Positions 63,565 to 64,000 of a DNA stretch of 64,000 nucleotides are shown piece by piece (position 1 is the stretch's first letter; every line of letters starts with the position of its first letter). The DNA is taken from positions 42,570,635 to 42,634,634 of the forward strand of contig JARFYF010000007.1 of NCBI GenBank assembly GCA_030265395.1, in the 5' to 3' direction. Made by a program: the position numbers and the translations under genes. The DNA comes from Rhina ancylostomus (lineage: Eukaryota). The notes under the pieces are model-generated. The model searched no databases. It saw nothing but the letters and a program-made list of their open reading frames with translations, and was not told the origin of the DNA.

Positions 63565-64000
63565 CTGTGACAACGAAAACCAAAAAAGGTTAAACTGTAA
63601 CCCTTTCAGATACAAGATATTCATCTGGCTGTTACTCCAATTCTGAAGTGAATGTGGATATGATTCACAAGAAAAAGTTTTCTTTTGCAATAATGCATTT
63701 TAGATGAAGAAAATGGAATGAGGCTAATAAATAAACCTTTTTAAGCTTTGGCAAGTGGAGAACAACACAAAAACTTGTAAAGATTTATCTAAAACACACA
63801 TGCATCATGAAGGATAGTTTGCACATGAAAATTATGAATTCTCTCAGTAACGCAAGAAGTTATCGTGTATAATTTCAAAACTGCAATCACAAATCTTCCC
63901 CATTTTATTCTTAAAGCTATTCTTATATTCACAAGAAGTCAACTGGTCAGTTCGAAACTATCAGTTTCAGCAGGTATAAATGAAGTTTCATTGAAAACTG

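Noticed and set aside
1-64000. Prokaryotic-type systems (CRISPR arrays, operons, defence islands), rRNA or true tRNA genes
   Set aside because: The sequence is vertebrate intron/exon DNA; there are no spaced direct-repeat arrays, and the tRNA-like boxes belong to SINE heads

Overview
Vertebrate nuclear genomic DNA, AT-rich, with a repeat content (V-SINE/HE1-like SINEs, CR1, Rex1/Babar, RTE and Penelope remnants) that points to a cartilaginous fish, probably a ray (inference). The whole window lies inside PICALM (CALM, phosphatidylinositol-binding clathrin assembly protein) on the minus strand. I read 17 GT-AG exons that splice into one open frame: exons equivalent to human exons 6-20, including the 24-nt NGMHFPQY microexon, plus two extra symmetric cassette exons of 84 and 81 nt. 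Exons 1-5 lie right of the window and I did not find the terminal exon. Intron 18 holds a decayed, apparently composite Gypsy/Ty3 LTR retrotransposon of about 7.8 kb. The other points worth checking are candidate unannotated micro/poison exons, near-perfect intronic hairpins, Penelope-type hammerhead ribozyme motifs, a LINE with a tRNA-like head, and an unidentified decayed coding-like remnant at the left edge. There are nine N gaps, several with duplicated flanks. Most short ORFs in the supplied track are spurious. Exon numbers and family names come from recalled homology, not from searches.
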